Positions 61,159-64,000 of a stretch of DNA of 64,000 nucleotides are shown here, piece by piece. Both the position numbers and the translations under genes were made by a program. Source of the stretch: a bacterium. GTDB taxonomy: Bacteria > SAR324 > NAC60-12. The DNA is taken from assembly GCA_965209155.1 (NCBI GenBank), contig OZ242383.1:1792001-1856000 (forward strand), read 5' to 3'. The notes under the pieces are model-generated. The model was not told the origin of the DNA and did not search any database. It was given only the letters and a program-made list of their open reading frames with translations. Position 1 is the first letter of the stretch; every line of letters starts with the position of its first letter.

Positions 61159-62478
61159 ATGTCCACAGAATCAAATTCAAGCACATCCCGGTTCAATGAT
61201 TTTATTTACGGTTTGCGAGGGGCCCTGCCTTATTTGGAGGAATTTCACAACGAAACCTTTGTCGTAAAAATCACTGGAAACACGCTTCAGCAGCAAAACC
61301 TGTCCGGAATATTGGATGATTTGATCTTGTTGTACCGTATCGGCATCAAAATCATTATTGCGCACGGTGCCAATGCTCAAATCCGACAAGCGCTTCAGTT
61401 TCACGGACATGGAGAAAAAACTCTGGAAGGAAGAATCCTCGTTCCGGTGGATTCCCTGCCTGTTGTTCAACAAGCCATTGCTAACACCAACTGGGAGTTG
61501 ATTACGAAATTGAGTCGTTATGGGAGCGATATCTTTCCATTTTCCGGTCACTTTCTCCAGGCGGAAAAAGCCTCATTTTCCTCAGTTTCCGAAGAACATT
61601 GCGCCGGAAATGTGCAGGATATCCGTATTAAATCCTTACAAGAGGCTTTTTCTCATCATTACCTGCCGGTCATCCCGCCTTTTGCTATTGGAGAAAAGGG
61701 TCGTCTACTGATTTTGGAAGCCAATCAAATCGCCTTGGAAGTGGCTGCGCGTATACGAGCACGTAAGTTGATCATTTTAGAATCCAAGGAAAATTTTCCG
61801 TTCAAGGAAATTTACGCACTTCGGGAAACAAAGCCCGAAGCCATGCGGCAATGGTTAGATCAGGCCACTGGTTTGACATATGAACCTCGTCTTCAACTTC
61901 AAACGCTCGTTGAAGCATGTGAACGAGGAGTAGAACGCTCTCATTGGTTGGACAGCAATATCGATGGCACGATATTGGGAGAAATCCTTACTTCCGCAGG
62001 AACTGGAATTATGCTCACTAACAGTACCTACGAACGGATACGTTTTGCCATGCTTCCAGACGTCCATCACATCAAACAAATTTTAGAAAAACCAATCAGC
62101 GAACTCGTATTGGTCCATAAAAGTTCCGCGTATCTGGAACAACACATTGAAAATTTTCTTGTATTTTGCATCGATGAAGCCTTAGCAGGCTGCTGCGAGC
62201 TGATTTTCTATAAAGAAAACAAATCCGTGGAGCTTGCCAGTCTCGCAGTCAAACAAGAATACCGAAATCGTGGTATAGGAAAACAATTGATCGCTGCGGC
62301 GCAAGAACAAGCAGTTCTCGGCAGGCAATCCTTGATCTTTGCCCTCACTACAAAAAGTTCCCATATATTTATTGCAAACGGTTTCAAAGAAATGAGCCCC
62401 GATCAACTACCACAACAGAAACGGGAAAACTACGATTCCGAGGAATCTTTGATTTACGGAAAAATCATTTCATTTTAG
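61159..62478 (+). CDS. argA: Amino-acid N-acetyltransferase (kinase-like plus GNAT)
   Basis: PYL..TFVVK, ACERGVERSH, GTGIM, ELASLAV..YRNRGIG, LTT. Confidence 0.88.
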   Translation: MSTESNSSTSRFNDFIYGLRGALPYLEEFHNETFVVKITGNTLQQQNLSGILDDLILLYRIGIKIIIAHGANAQIRQALQFHGHGEKTLEGRILVPVDSLPVVQQAIANTNWELITKLSRYGSDIFPFSGHFLQAEKASFSSVSEEHCAGNVQDIRIKSLQEAFSHHYLPVIPPFAIGEKGRLLILEANQIALEVAARIRARKLIILESKENFPFKEIYALRETKPEAMRQWLDQATGLTYEPRLQLQTLVEACERGVERSHWLDSNIDGTILGEILTSAGTGIMLTNSTYERIRFAMLPDVHHIKQILEKPISELVLVHKSSAYLEQHIENFLVFCIDEALAGCCELIFYKENKSVELASLAVKQEYRNRGIGKQLIAAAQEQAVLGRQSLIFALTTKSSHIFIANGFKEMSPDQLPQQKRENYDSEESLIYGKIISF

Positions 62479-62512
62479 TTTTCTTCAGTACCAGTGGTAG
62501 ATCTTTTCGTGC

Positions 62513-63061
62513 TCAGGCACTTATTTTTGCAGGAGATTTCAAAGGGGTTTCTACCTGAGCCAATTCCTGTCTGAATCGAGTTCGCATTTCTTCATTCATG
62601 TCCGGGTATACTTCCAGGATCTCATGGATTTTCCAGGGAATGAGAATGGCGGGGTCCCCAATGGTCTTTACGGGAATTCGTGCGGAAATGATGGAAACGT
62701 GCGCTCGTTCTTTGTTGTCTACTGAGAGTGTTCCCGTGGAGCTGACGAGTCGACGATTGTACTTATCAATGCTCACTTCCACATCGATCAATTCTCCAGG
62801 TCGGATGAGTTCCTTGAAACGACATTCTCCTGTTTTCAATAGGATCGGAGCGACCCACTCCGTGGACTCTTTCAAGTTTCTCAACAAAATCAGTTTCCCT
62901 GCCAAATTGGCCACTACTTCAATTTGCAAAACACCAGGAACGATGGGGCTTTCCGGGAAATGATCCTGATGCCATTCTTCGTTGAGTAGAAATCGTTTCT
63001 CCCCTTTGATGCGATTGATGCCATCCGTTTCTGTGATCCGGTCAACAAATTTCCAACGCAT
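62513..63061 (-). CDS. FabZ/FabA-family hot-dog dehydratase
   Basis: FVDRI, DHFPESPIVPGVLQIE. Confidence 0.85.
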   Translation of the reverse strand: MRWKFVDRITETDGINRIKGEKRFLLNEEWHQDHFPESPIVPGVLQIEVVANLAGKLILLRNLKESTEWVAPILLKTGECRFKELIRPGELIDVEVSIDKYNRRLVSSTGTLSVDNKERAHVSIISARIPVKTIGDPAILIPWKIHEILEVYPDMNEEMRTRFRQELAQVETPLKSPAKISA

Positions 63062-63195
63062 AAGTACTTTTCAATGGTGGAGGGTATGAATTTTTTAAAA
63101 ACTAATTTTGCCGTCCTTGCGAAAATGTTCTACCTGCTATGAAATCCTGACTTCTTGAATGCTTGAAAAACGGGGGTTGAACAAGTTCATGAAAT

Positions 63196-63747
63196 TTAAA
63201 GTTCTCCAGAATGAAAATAACTTGATAGAGGGTCGATACCTATTTGCTTCAGTATTTCGTCCCAACGTTCATCAAAGGGCATTTCCAAGACATATTTAGT
63301 CTCCAAGGATGTCAACCACCAAGCACCTTCTTCAATTTCTTTATCCAATTGTCCGGGGGCCCAACCGGCATACCCGCAGCCCAAGAGGTATTTTTTCGGC
63401 CCCTCTTTACGAGCAATAGCGCTCAAAACCTCATGAATCGCGCTAATGCTGATTGCGGGAGATACTTCAGAAGTGGTGTCGCTGCTGAATTCGTGTGAAT
63501 GGATGGCCCAGAGTGATTCTTGTTGCACCGGTCCTCCCAGCATCAAAGGTGCCGTCAGTTCCTCTTTGAATTCCAAATCGGTGGCAATGATATCCTTGAT
63601 TCGTATTGAAGAAGGATTGTTGATCACCAAACCAAAAGCGCTCTCTTCCGTGTAATTGCACAGCAAAATAACGGTTTTTTCAAAATAGGAGTCTTTGAGA
63701 GCAGGCATTGCTACCAAGAGCCCTGGAGTTAAATCTTCTTCAGTCAT
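63196..63747 (-). CDS. yqgE: YqgE/AlgH family protein
   Basis: LLVAMP, GLVIN, GGPV, GYAGWAPGQL..EI. Confidence 0.92.
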   Translation of the reverse strand: MTEEDLTPGLLVAMPALKDSYFEKTVILLCNYTEESAFGLVINNPSSIRIKDIIATDLEFKEELTAPLMLGGPVQQESLWAIHSHEFSSDTTSEVSPAISISAIHEVLSAIARKEGPKKYLLGCGYAGWAPGQLDKEIEEGAWWLTSLETKYVLEMPFDERWDEILKQIGIDPLSSYFHSGEL

Positions 63748-63838
63748 CCTTTTTCATTTTCAAAATAGTTGAAGAAAATTATCCTCTAACATAAGGTACG
63801 TATTATAATTTCCTTGCATAATCGCCCGGGCTTCGCAT

Positions 63839-64000
63839 ATGAGTTTTCACATCCAAAATAATCAAAAAGCACAAAAAGCCATTGATGAATTTTTAAAAAA
63901 AATTCGTTACCAACGTGAAGGGGACAGAATAGCACCTCTCTATGGCATGGTCGTGGATATTTTTGTGGCTGCCGGTCAAAAAAATCTTCTTTACTTGATT
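63839..64000 (+). CDS. Hypothetical protein running off the window
   Basis: Open frame MSFHIQNNQK.. to the end of the sequence. Confidence 0.45.
   Translation, partial: MSFHIQNNQKAQKAIDEFLKKIRYQREGDRIAPLYGMVVDIFVAAGQKNLLYLI

Overview
Chromosomal window from a moderately AT-rich bacterium, tentatively deltaproteobacterial/SAR324-like (inference from protein style only). Left arm (1-21.9 kb) is housekeeping: gyrA 3' end, a degenerate DnaA paralogue, a degenerate EAL protein, dnaB, rplI, rpsR, rpsF, pth, rplY, ispG, an aminotransferase, rsmA, tRNA-Arg(CCT), bolA, an unusually long SecA and a sulfurtransferase. A small islet (13.1-15.3 kb) holds a four-helix-bundle gene nested in IS200-like ends. 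A ~31 kb island (~21.9-52.95 kb) carries four tandem, GC-richer, ATPase-less family-5 ABC modules (SBP-dppB-dppC, all minus strand) plus a relic of a fifth. Three modules keep a shared ~0.8-1 kb leader with a sigma70 promoter, a variable (GGGTGCC)n array at the predicted start site and, in two copies, a CIRCE operator over a divergent promoter. Between modules lie plus-strand toxin-antitoxin and other small genes with integron attC sites (no integrase in window), a group IIC-attC-like intron scar, an IS66 with 8-bp TSD and an IS256 with an adjacent deletion. Right arm (52.9-64 kb) is housekeeping again (pcm with in-frame TGA, map, lepB, argA, FabZ-like, yqgE). Most notable: an unassigned ~60-aa module present three times inside SecA and once at the N-terminus of LepB, the ABC/attC-TA hybrid array with its leader, and the catalytically dead DnaA. 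All calls are by eye; no database searches were run.
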